A DNA stretch of 62,555 nt from Actinomycetota bacterium (lineage in GTDB: Bacteria; Actinomycetota; Acidimicrobiia; IMCC26256; PALSA-610). Made by a program: the position numbers and the translations under genes. The DNA is taken from NCBI GenBank assembly GCA_005772765.1, contig SXIR01000051.1:1-62555 (forward strand). The letters run 5' to 3'. Under the pieces are notes generated by a model. It was not told where the DNA came from, searched no databases, and was given only the letters and a program-made list of their open reading frames with translations. Below are positions 45,038 to 53,279 of the stretch, piece by piece (the first letter of the stretch is position 1; each line of letters starts with the position of its first letter).

Positions 45038-46737
45038 GCGAGAGGGTTTAGCCCCTCTGCGAGCTCTCGGGCCACCTCGCGGGCGACGTTCGCCAGATCG
45101 TCGTCGAGTTGGTCGATCTGCCCGAGCTCGTCGCCGAACGCGGCGTGGTCGGTGTCGGTCACCACGCCGAGCGTCGGAGTCCACGCCGAGTGGAGCACGA
45201 ACGGCACCGCGTGATTCGGTGAGGCCAACGTACAGAGGGGGCCGGCGCCGACGTTGTTGGCGTCGAAGATCTCGACTCGCATCCCGTGATCGCTGAGCAC
45301 CGGAACGACCACGAACCCGTGTAGTCCGCCGGGACGCTCGCCGGCGTGGCGAGACCGACCGTCGCGACCTGCGCTGCGTGGCACGAAGATCGGCGAGGTT
45401 GCGACATCGGTGGTGTCGCGCCAGCGATACTCCGAGATCGTCTGCAACCCATCCCAACTGTGCGTCGCGAGCGTGCACGGCATCTCTTCGGTCGGCAGCA
45501 TCGCACGGTCGACGCGATCGGCGTAGAGGTCGAGCATGCGTTGTTGCACAGCTTCAGGTCGGAAACCGTGATACACGGAGTGCACAGCTTCGGGGTGTTC
45601 CCACCCTTCCGCCGACCAGTCGAACGCGCTCAGTTGCCGCGTGTGGTATCGCTCGGGGTCGTAGATCTCTGCAACCTCGAGTCGCTCGCCCCGTTGAGGA
45701 TCGAAGCAGTGCATCGTCGTGCGAGCCGGTGTCATGGAGAACCCGTAGAGACCGTAGAACGCGGGGTCGGTCGGACGTCCCCACGCGTCGATGTCGCCCT
45801 CCCGCGCGGCCATGGCGATATCGGCGTTCTGCGTGTGTTCGAACATGACGACGACGCCGTCGCGGTCGTCGTATTGCGCGTAATAGTGGTTCATCTCGGG
45901 CGCGAGTTCGTAGCGCAGACACCCAACTTCGGTGCCCGATTTGGCGGCGTCGAGATCGGCCTTGCGAATGAGATAGATGGGTTCGTCGGCGTTGGCCGGT
46001 TCGGTCCGATCGCCACCAGTCAGGACCGCCGCTTCGACTTTGAAGGCGCAGTCGCCCACGACGAGCCAGTCGCGGGTCTGGGTGATCGTGTGGACCGACT
46101 GGGGCACCACTGCGTTCGCGATCGGCCAACGCTGGATGGGGCCTTCGCCGTCCCAGCGCACGATGTGCAGCTGACCGAAGTACGTGTTCACGGTCCACAG
46201 ACAGTCGCGATCCGGATCGATGATCGGGTGCGCCGTGCTCGTGATCATCGGCAAGACCGGGCCTGGCAGTAGGTCGAACACCTGCCACTCGTCGCGACGG
46301 CCGACCTCGCCGAGGTAGCGCAACGACACCGGATCGATCTCGACGGGACGTCCGACATCCCACGTCATGAACATCCGGTCGCCCCAGGGCAACGACGCCG
46401 TGTTGGCCGCGTTCACCAAACCGAACGGTGAGTGCGTGCCGAGCATCGACCGCACGAACGCATCGGGGCGCTTCTGTTGGAGTCGTGCACTCGGCGAATC
46501 GATCCAGGCCTGGCGCCACGCAAACGTTCCGGGTGCCGCGCCGCGCGTGCCCGGTTCGAGCGACAGGACGTAGGTCATCCCAGCGCCGAAGAACGCGTGC
46601 GGGGGGCCGAGGGTCGAGGTATGCGGCGCGGCGATGAAACACTCGCCCGTCAATCCCTCGGGGATCGCGCCCGCAACCACGGCGAGATCGCGATCTTCGG
46701 GAACGACGGGTTGCAGGATCGATCGGGGCAACGGCAC
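45034..46737 (-). CDS. Carotenoid/stilbene cleavage oxygenase family (RPE65/CCO) protein
   Basis: 567 aa; PHAFFGAGM, TSTAHPIIDPDRD and a C-terminal LHSAWTP, consistent with the four-His beta-propeller family. Confidence 0.65.
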   Translation of the reverse strand: MPLPRSILQPVVPEDRDLAVVAGAIPEGLTGECFIAAPHTSTLGPPHAFFGAGMTYVLSLEPGTRGAAPGTFAWRQAWIDSPSARLQQKRPDAFVRSMLGTHSPFGLVNAANTASLPWGDRMFMTWDVGRPVEIDPVSLRYLGEVGRRDEWQVFDLLPGPVLPMITSTAHPIIDPDRDCLWTVNTYFGQLHIVRWDGEGPIQRWPIANAVVPQSVHTITQTRDWLVVGDCAFKVEAAVLTGGDRTEPANADEPIYLIRKADLDAAKSGTEVGCLRYELAPEMNHYYAQYDDRDGVVVMFEHTQNADIAMAAREGDIDAWGRPTDPAFYGLYGFSMTPARTTMHCFDPQRGERLEVAEIYDPERYHTRQLSAFDWSAEGWEHPEAVHSVYHGFRPEAVQQRMLDLYADRVDRAMLPTEEMPCTLATHSWDGLQTISEYRWRDTTDVATSPIFVPRSAGRDGRSRHAGERPGGLHGFVVVPVLSDHGMRVEIFDANNVGAGPLCTLASPNHAVPFVLHSAWTPTLGVVTDTDHAAFGDELGQIDQLDDDLANVAREVARELAEGLNPLA

Positions 46738-46753
46738 GTGGTGCGCTCCTCGG

Positions 46754-47341
46754 TCAGTGGTCGGCGGCGAATCCGGCCAGCAGGTTGTCGATGACGACGT
46801 CGATCAGGCGTGAGGTGAACGCATCACCGAGGTTGATTCCGGCCAGCACCACCGACGCGACGCCGTGCGACGCCGACCACAACGCGAGGCTGATCATGAA
46901 AGGGTCTTCGTCGCGGAGTTGGCCGGCCGCGATCGCAGCTTCGATCGCGGCCGCGCCGGCGGCGAACGCCTGCGTCGCGGCCGGCAGTTCCTCGACCGTC
47001 GGCTGGTTCGCCCAGTCCGGTCGAGTGAGGAACATCACCTCGAACAACGCCGGGTCCGCCAGCGCTTGTTCGATGTACGCGCGTGCTTGCAGCCGAACGC
47101 GTTCGAGCGGGTCGGTTGCGTCGATTCGTTCGAACGCCCGCAACAGCCGCGCCATCTCGAGTTCGGCGAGGGCCCGCAACAGATCGGCTTTGTAGTGCAC
47201 GTGCCCGTAGAGCGCCGGCGCGGTGACCCCGAGTTCCTTGGCGACCCGCCGCAAGCTCAGCGCGTCGAGACCCTCGTTCGCGACGATGTCGTGCGCCGCC
47301 GCGACGATCAGTTCACGGGAGAGTTGGCCTCGCACCACCAT
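46754..47341 (-). CDS. TetR-family regulator
   Basis: ATG at 47339-47341 (MVVRGQLSRELIVAAAHDIVANEGLDALSLRRVAKELGVTAPALYGHV). A TACAGT sits 8 nt upstream, so the gene is possibly leaderless. Confidence 0.85.
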   Translation of the reverse strand: MVVRGQLSRELIVAAAHDIVANEGLDALSLRRVAKELGVTAPALYGHVHYKADLLRALAELEMARLLRAFERIDATDPLERVRLQARAYIEQALADPALFEVMFLTRPDWANQPTVEELPAATQAFAAGAAAIEAAIAAGQLRDEDPFMISLALWSASHGVASVVLAGINLGDAFTSRLIDVVIDNLLAGFAADH

Positions 47342-47435
47342 CGCTGAACACTGTAAAGACTGCAACCGGCAACGGTCCAGCTGTCGTTCGGCCGGACCTG
47401 TCCCGCGCCTGCGTCGCCAGGAAACGCCGGACGCA

Positions 47436-47903
47436 TCAGGCCGGATCGTCGCGCGCATCGAGGTCGCGCTGACGGGCCTCGAGTTCGGCTTCGCGAGCGT
47501 CGAGTTCGGCCGCCCGACGATCGAGTTCGTCCGGCGGAGTCTGCGACTGCTCCCACGCGTCGAGACGGGCGTCGAGCTCGGCGGAACGCCGATCGGTGAT
47601 CTCGGGTTCGACTCGCGAACGCGGCGCGGTCTCGGGTCCGTACGGACCCATACGCGTCGACCCAGATGATGGGCCGCCGCGCGCCCTCGCCCCACCGGGC
47701 GCAAAGCTTGCGTACGCCGGTCGCCCCATGATCAGCCACGCAATCGAACCGAGCGTCGGGATGAAGATCACCAGCACCAACCAGATCATCTTCGGCAGGT
47801 TCCGGACGAGTTCGGCGTCGCTCGAGATGACGTCGAACACCGCCCAGACCCACAACAACAACATTGCCAGTCCGAAGATCCCGAGCGGGAGAAAGCGAGC
47901 CAC
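47436..47903 (-). CDS. PLDc_N-type small membrane protein with a charged coiled tail
   Basis: Two TM helices (IWLVLVIFIPTLGSIAWLIMGR), then an Arg/Asp/Glu-rich helical tail. Confidence 0.7.
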   Translation of the reverse strand: MARFLPLGIFGLAMLLLWVWAVFDVISSDAELVRNLPKMIWLVLVIFIPTLGSIAWLIMGRPAYASFAPGGARARGGPSSGSTRMGPYGPETAPRSRVEPEITDRRSAELDARLDAWEQSQTPPDELDRRAAELDAREAELEARQRDLDARDDPA

Positions 47904-47950
47904 GCACGGAGCCTAGGGATTCGCGGTCACCTTGTCGACGGACGGTGTAT

Positions 47951-48718
47951 CTACCGGCCTTCGAACTCCGGGGTGCGCTTCTCGGCGAAGGCGGCCATGC
48001 CTTCTTGCAGGTCGCGTGATGCAAACGCTGCGGTCTCGAGCGCTATCAGCTCCCGGATCGCGTCGGTCCCGAGTGCCGTGACCTGCAGGCAAAGGTTCAA
48101 ACCACGTTTGTGGCCTTGCACCGTCAGCGGCGCGGAGGCAGCGATTTCGCCGGCCAGGGCGAGCGCAGCCCCGACCGCGTCGTCGGAGACGCGCGAGACG
48201 AGGCCGATGTGTTCGGCTTCCTCGGCCGTCACGGTTCGACCAGCCAGCAGGAAGTCGCGTGCCGCGCCGTGGCCGACGAGCGCGGCCAGGCGCCAGATGT
48301 TCTTGTTCGACAGCAAGATTCCGAGTTTTCCGCCCGGGATGGCCAGCCGTGCGCCCAACGCAGCCACGCGGAGGTCGCACGCGACCGCGAGCTGCATCCC
48401 GGCGCCCATCGCCGGTCCGTTGATCGCGGCGATGACCGGTGACGGGTGCGCCTCGATGGCATCGAGCGCAACTTCGAATCCGGGTCGGAAGGTATCGCCA
48501 CCGCCGTGTTCGGGGTCGCCGTCGGCGAAGCGGGTCACGAGGTCAGCACCGGCACAAAAGGCGGAACCCGCGCCCGTCACGACGACGGCGCGCAACCCGT
48601 GGCTGGCGTCGAGCGCCTGGGCGAGTTGTGCGCACAGTTCGCCGTTCAACGCATTGCGTCGTTCGGGGCGATTGATCGTGATCAGTCCGACCCGGCCACG
48701 CTCTTCGAAGTGGATCAT
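47951..48718 (-). CDS. Enoyl-CoA hydratase/isomerase (crotonase)
   Basis: VVTGAGSAFCAGADL, INGPAMGAGMQLAVACD, and a C-terminal GMAAFAEKRTPEFEGR. Confidence 0.85.
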   Translation of the reverse strand: MIHFEERGRVGLITINRPERRNALNGELCAQLAQALDASHGLRAVVVTGAGSAFCAGADLVTRFADGDPEHGGGDTFRPGFEVALDAIEAHPSPVIAAINGPAMGAGMQLAVACDLRVAALGARLAIPGGKLGILLSNKNIWRLAALVGHGAARDFLLAGRTVTAEEAEHIGLVSRVSDDAVGAALALAGEIAASAPLTVQGHKRGLNLCLQVTALGTDAIRELIALETAAFASRDLQEGMAAFAEKRTPEFEGR

Positions 48719-48759
48719 GGGCGCAGCCTACGAACCAGGCTGAGCGGACGTTGGACCGA

Positions 48760-49074
48760 TCAATGCCCCGTCCAACGCGGCGGGCGTTTCTCGGCGAAGG
48801 CAGCGACACCCTCCGCCGCATCGGCGCTCATCGTGTGCACGCTCAACATCGCGTGCAAGTAGGCCAGCGCGTCGTCGCTGTCGGCGATGTCGAGCGTTCG
48901 GTAGAACGCCTCCCGCCCCAAGCGCAGGACCAACGGCGATTTCGCGACGAACTGCGAGCAGTACTCCGCGACGGCGGCGTCGAGCTCGGCGGCCGGAACG
49001 ACCCGGTTCACGAATCCGAGTCGCACGCCTTCGTGCGCATCGATCCGTCGGCCGGTCATCATCAGCTCGAGCAC
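48760..49074 (-). pseudogene. Truncated crotonase remnant (C-terminal ~105 aa only)
   Basis: VLELMMTGRRIDAHEG...GVAAFAEKRPPRWTGH aligns to the last ~40% of the neighbouring crotonase. An in-frame stop lies ~125 nt upstream (~49198). No N-terminal oxyanion-hole part is present in any frame. Confidence 0.55.
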
Positions 49075-49210
49075 GACCTTGGGCGCCGTGCAATCACGCA
49101 GCGGACCGACTGCTCCGTCTCGTTCACGCCAGAGATCGTAAGTCTCGCGGATGGCACGGCGGCCGTGGAGGGTCCGCGATCGAACGCGGCCCGGTCACTA
49201 GCGTCGAGAC

Positions 49211-50359
49211 GTGTTGGAGGCAGTCGCGCAAGTGCCGTTCATGTTCTGGGTCGGGGTTGCCGTCCTCGCGATTCCCGGGTTGACGCGCGGCAGTTACCGT
49301 CGATTCCTGCTCAACTGGCAGTGGGGATCGTTCCTCATCGCCGGCTTCCTGCTCCAAGAACTCACGACCTGGTTCGACCCGCCGGCCAACGGAACCCACC
49401 GCATCGGATTCGGCATCCTGGTGGCGAGCTACGTGTTGACGCTTGCCTTCACGTTGCGTAACGCCGCGCGGACCGGCATGATCGTTGCCAGCATCGGCAT
49501 CGCCGCCAACTTCCTCGTCATCGCCGTCAACGAAGGAATGCCGGTTCGTGTCCCCCCGGCATGGGAAGCCACCGGCGGCGCCACGACCACCGTGAAGCAC
49601 CACCCCGAGACGGACGCCGACCGACTCACGGTTTTGGGCGACATCATCTTGCTCCCCGGACGCGAGTCCTTGATCAGCTTCGGGGACCTGATCTTCGCTG
49701 CAGGGTTGCTGTCGGCGTCGTTCCATGCAAGCCGAGCCCGTCGTCGCGGCACCGCCACTCGCAACGCGCGGCAACGCGTTCGTCGCGGCGCCCGCATCGA
49801 TGCGACGCCGATCTCGGGGCCGATCTCGGGGCCGATCTCGGGGCCGATCTCGGGGCCGATCTCGGGGCCGATCTCGGGGCCGATCTCGGGGATCGAAGAC
49901 CTCGGCGTGGCCGCGTTCGACGACACCGTTCGGGGCGAGCCGGAACCGACGGAACATCCTGATGTCTGGATCGCCGCTTCGGGTGGAGAAACCGCGTCCG
50001 GAGGAATCGTCGAGTTCGTCGAACTCGACCTCACCGACATGCCGCCGAAACCGCCCTCCCCGATCGTCGCGGGCGTCATTGCCGAACTCGACGAGCTGCG
50101 TCGATCGGCTCGCGACCGGCACCCCAGCGCGTTGTTCGAACGCCGACGCAGCCCCTTGGTGGGTCGCTACTCACCGCACGACCTCGAGTCCGACGTGTCC
50201 CAAGACGCCGACGCAGCTATCGACGCCGGCATCGACATCGAACGAGAGATGCTCAGCGACGCCTCAACCGAGCGCGACCTCGAGCGCCTCGAGCACGCGC
50301 CGGTCGTACACATATCCGGGGCTGGCATACAAGGCCTCCAGCGCCGGCCGAGCTCGTAG
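49211..50359 (+). CDS. DUF5317-like membrane domain with a long acidic, repeat-containing C-terminal extension
   Basis: N-terminal ~170 aa with TM helices and NEGMPV...KHH...LGDIILLP...SFGDLIFAAGLL (DUF5317 as I recall the family). This is followed by (PISG)x7 and an Asp/Glu-rich tail. Confidence 0.6.
   Translation: MLEAVAQVPFMFWVGVAVLAIPGLTRGSYRRFLLNWQWGSFLIAGFLLQELTTWFDPPANGTHRIGFGILVASYVLTLAFTLRNAARTGMIVASIGIAANFLVIAVNEGMPVRVPPAWEATGGATTTVKHHPETDADRLTVLGDIILLPGRESLISFGDLIFAAGLLSASFHASRARRRGTATRNARQRVRRGARIDATPISGPISGPISGPISGPISGPISGPISGIEDLGVAAFDDTVRGEPEPTEHPDVWIAASGGETASGGIVEFVELDLTDMPPKPPSPIVAGVIAELDELRRSARDRHPSALFERRRSPLVGRYSPHDLESDVSQDADAAIDAGIDIEREMLSDASTERDLERLEHAPVVHISGAGIQGLQRRPSS
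49807..49890 (+). repeat. Perfect 12-bp tandem repeat x7 (GCCGATCTCGGG), in frame
   Basis: Seven identical units read directly from the sequence. They encode PISGPISG... Confidence 0.95.
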
Positions 50360-51421
50360 CGGCTCGTCCCCGGCCAGGTCGTCGAAGTCGCTCGCGACCT
50401 TCAGCACCTGGCTCGCGAGTCGATCGTCCGCCCGACCGCGCAGATCGCGCGCATGACGGCCCTGGCCGTCGACAATGCGTGCGGCTTCGGTGAGCGCCGG
50501 GATCTCGCGCAGCATTGCGGCTGTCACGTCCGCGACGATCGCCACCCGATCAGGGGCGCGCGGCGCCGGTGGGTCGTCCAACGTGACCACTCCGAGATGG
50601 TGGAGATGGGCCGCCGCGACGATGTGCTCGATCGTCGACAGGTCGAGGCCGACTTCGTGGGCGATGCGCTCGCTGAGTTCCGCGACGCGTCGCCCGTGCC
50701 CGTCGACAACGAGGCCGGCCATTTCCGTGGCCATCGACAACGCTTGCAACGTCTGGCGATGCGTCCGAGTGACAACGGCAAGCCGTTCGAACGAATACCA
50801 GGCGGCGATCAACGGAATCGAGAAGAGCGCAACGCTCCAGAGCCCGGTACCGCCCCGACCATCGACACCCCGGTAGCCCAACGCCATGAGCACACCCGTG
50901 GCGCCAAGTGCCGACCATGCCCGCACGCCACGCGCAGTCAACGCCGACGGCAACCGTTGGCCTCGACGCGCCATCTCCTCCACGACCACCATCGCAACGA
51001 CAGCAGTGACAAGTGACCCGAGCACCACCGCGACCGATTCGGTCCGCCCGAGCGCGACGAACATGCCTTGGTAGGCACCCAACGCGGCCGCCCCGACCGC
51101 GAGACGTTGCGCACTCGTCGTACAGCGGCCCCGCAGCCCACGCCGATCGGTACCCACCGCTGCGCCGATGACCACCGCAGCCGCCACGATGACCGCAACT
51201 CGCGTGCTGGTGAATCCGACCACGACGACGAGTAAGGGCGCGTACGCGACTGGTATGCCCGTGCCGTCTTCGAGTCGCAGGACGAGCAACTCCCCGACCA
51301 CGAGCGCAGTCATCAGGGCGACCGCATGCACGACCGCGAGGTCATTGGATGCCGAAGCCGCCGCGGCACCGACGCAACCCGCAGCGACGATCGCCGGAAT
51401 CCGCACGCGCAGCCGATTCAC
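50264..51421 (-). CDS. Multi-TM protein with a degenerate HD(-GYP-like) domain
   Basis: GHGRRVAELSERIAHEVGL...AAAHLHHLG: the HD dyad is replaced by HH. C-terminal YDRRVLEALEVAL. The N-terminal TM sensor is paralogous to the upstream gene. 4-nt overlap with that gene. Confidence 0.7.
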   Translation of the reverse strand: MNRLRVRIPAIVAAGCVGAAAASASNDLAVVHAVALMTALVVGELLVLRLEDGTGIPVAYAPLLVVVVGFTSTRVAVIVAAAVVIGAAVGTDRRGLRGRCTTSAQRLAVGAAALGAYQGMFVALGRTESVAVVLGSLVTAVVAMVVVEEMARRGQRLPSALTARGVRAWSALGATGVLMALGYRGVDGRGGTGLWSVALFSIPLIAAWYSFERLAVVTRTHRQTLQALSMATEMAGLVVDGHGRRVAELSERIAHEVGLDLSTIEHIVAAAHLHHLGVVTLDDPPAPRAPDRVAIVADVTAAMLREIPALTEAARIVDGQGRHARDLRGRADDRLASQVLKVASDFDDLAGDEPLRARPALEALYASPGYVYDRRVLEALEVALG

Positions 51422-52827
51422 GCGACCTCCCCCGCCCGGGGATGCGCTTCTCGCTCCACGGCAAGATCGCCGAGCCCGGCCGAACCGATTCCGACGACGG
51501 GCGGCGCCGTCTCGTAGGGCTCGATGTCGCGCTCGTGACCTGCGCCGTGCACCTCGCCGCGTCGCTCCAACGCGTTGATGAGCGCTTCGACACAGCGAGG
51601 GTCGAACTGGGTACCGGCCTTGTTGCGCAGTTCGGCGAACGCGACGTCTTGGGGGAGCGCGCGCCGGTAGCTGCGCGTCGATGTCATTGCGTCGAATGCG
51701 TCGGCGACGGCGACGATGTACGGCTCCACGACGCGATCCGAGGTCACCGAATACGAGCTGTGATCGCCGCTTGCGGACGGCGCGACGGGGGCCAGGAAGT
51801 CGATCGATCGCAACATCTCAACCGAGACCGTTTCGTGCAAGCGCACGCGGGCGAACTCGTCGGCGGTCAACTTGCCCGGCTTGTTCAAGAGCTGGTTCGG
51901 CACGACGAGTTTTCCGATGTCGTGCATCAACGCTGCGACGCGCAAGCGTTCCTGGCGCCACGGCAAGAACCCGAACTCTTCGCCGATGTAGAGCGAGTAC
52001 GTCGCGACTCGGCCAGCGTGGCCCGCGGTGTACCGGTCTTTCGCTTCGAGCGCGCGCACCAACATCTCGACCGTGGCTTCGTTCGCGGCCTTGAGCTCGA
52101 GGTAGCTCGCGAACAAGTCGCGAGCCAGCAGGATCGGCACCACGAACAAGATCGCGACTGGCCAGCCCAACTCCAGATACAAACGGCCGAGGAACACGCC
52201 GAGCAACGCAAACGGAACGCACTGCGGAAACGCGGTGAGCAGCTGCGCGAATCCCGTGCGAATCGGGCGACGCTCTTCGACCCAGTACGAGATCGCGACG
52301 AGGAGCGCGCCAACGCTTGCGCACGCCAGTGCGATCGGCACCGCCGCCACCACACCGAAGGCCGCCGATGTCCGAATGCGATCCGACAACGGAATCGCGA
52401 CGCCAGCCGCAGCCAAGTTCGACAGTGCGATCGTGGCCGCGTTCAACACCACGAAACCGCGTCGTCCGCGACGGAGATCGCGCAGCGTGAGGCCCGCGGC
52501 GATGCCGACGACGAGCGAAGCGAGCACGGCCGCCGAACCACTCACGACGATGGCCGCCACCCCGACCATCAGCCCCGGCGTGATGATCGCTCCGTTCGGG
52601 AGATGCACCTGGCGCTGCTCGCTGAAGACGATGAGCCCGCCGAGCACGGCGATGGTGCCCCATTGCGGCATCGGTGAGGTGGGGATGGCGATGGCCGTCG
52701 CAACCAGCACCGCCGCGGCGAGCACGGCGGTGTAGGTCTGCAGCGCCTTGGGGAACTCGGGCATCACTGTGGGGAAGTCGGGCATCACTGTGGGGAACTC
52801 GGGCATCACGTTGGGGAACTCGGGCAT
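51418..52827 (-). CDS. Multi-TM HD-domain phosphohydrolase (HD-GYP-related, GYP motif absent)
   Basis: RYTAGHAGRVA, AALMHDIGKLVVP, GKLTADEFARVRLHE, VADAFDAMTSTRSYR. The start is ambiguous among four in-frame ATGs at 52827, 52806, 52785 and 52764. I reject the ORF extension to 53016. Confidence 0.7.
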   Translation of the reverse strand: MPEFPNVMPEFPTVMPDFPTVMPEFPKALQTYTAVLAAAVLVATAIAIPTSPMPQWGTIAVLGGLIVFSEQRQVHLPNGAIITPGLMVGVAAIVVSGSAAVLASLVVGIAAGLTLRDLRRGRRGFVVLNAATIALSNLAAAGVAIPLSDRIRTSAAFGVVAAVPIALACASVGALLVAISYWVEERRPIRTGFAQLLTAFPQCVPFALLGVFLGRLYLELGWPVAILFVVPILLARDLFASYLELKAANEATVEMLVRALEAKDRYTAGHAGRVATYSLYIGEEFGFLPWRQERLRVAALMHDIGKLVVPNQLLNKPGKLTADEFARVRLHETVSVEMLRSIDFLAPVAPSASGDHSSYSVTSDRVVEPYIVAVADAFDAMTSTRSYRRALPQDVAFAELRNKAGTQFDPRCVEALINALERRGEVHGAGHERDIEPYETAPPVVGIGSAGLGDLAVEREAHPRAGEVA

Positions 52828-52833
52828 CGAGCG
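52750..52833 (-). repeat. 21-bp tandem repeat x4 at the 5' end of the HD gene, each unit carrying an ATG
   Basis: Plus-strand units GGGGAA(C/G)TCGGGCATCAC(T/G)(G/T)T at 52750, 52771, 52792 and 52813. They encode MPEFPNV/MPEFPTV/MPDFPTV/MPEFPKA. Confidence 0.9.
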
Positions 52834-52907
52834 GTTCTGTGGAGGTTGGCAGGTGGGAGCCGGCGGCAAGATCCGAGATCGGGTCGGTACGTGTACTGCA
52901 TGGTCGT

Positions 52908-53000
52908 TCAGCCGCGCCTGAAGTAGGCGCCACCGCTCAGCAGCAGGGCCATCAAGCCCGTGGCCGCCACGGCGGCACGGGCCAGGATCTTGTTGGTCAT
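52908..53000 (-). CDS. Possible 30-aa single-TM peptide
   Basis: ATG at 52998-53000 (MTNKILARAAVAATGLMALLLSGGAYFRRG) with GGGGGA ~9 nt upstream. It lies 80 nt upstream of the HD operon. Support is weak (size only). Confidence 0.3.
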   Translation of the reverse strand: MTNKILARAAVAATGLMALLLSGGAYFRRG

Positions 53001-53279
53001 CGGTCGATTCCCCCATTCATCGGGTTCGTCCCGCCGCCTTCGCTGTTCGCGGCGAGCGTCGCTCCGCTCGGATGGAGAAGTGCTCGACCTCGGATCTTGC
53101 CGTCGGCGCCCCCGGCGCATGCGTGGAGGGAGTCCTCAAAGGTTCACTGAGATTGACTCCAACAACATTGGTCACAAGAGTCTGGAGGTTCTCGCCCGAC
53201 GAAACAAGGCCGGAAAAGTCCGAATTCTGAACACAGAGCGCGCGATTCGGCGGATTCAAGCGGCAATGACGCGCGCAGC

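Noticed and set aside
47342-47400. Possible TetR operator palindrome upstream of the TetR gene at 46754-47341
   Set aside because: I could find only weak, gapped inverted symmetry (GAACACTG...CAGCTGTCGTTC), which is not convincing enough to report as a site.
49807-49890. Tandem repeats considered as possible CRISPR arrays (also 17412-17570, 52750-52833, 57308-57355)
   Set aside because: The units are contiguous with no spacers, are only 12-33 bp long, mostly lie in frame inside coding sequence, and no cas genes are present.
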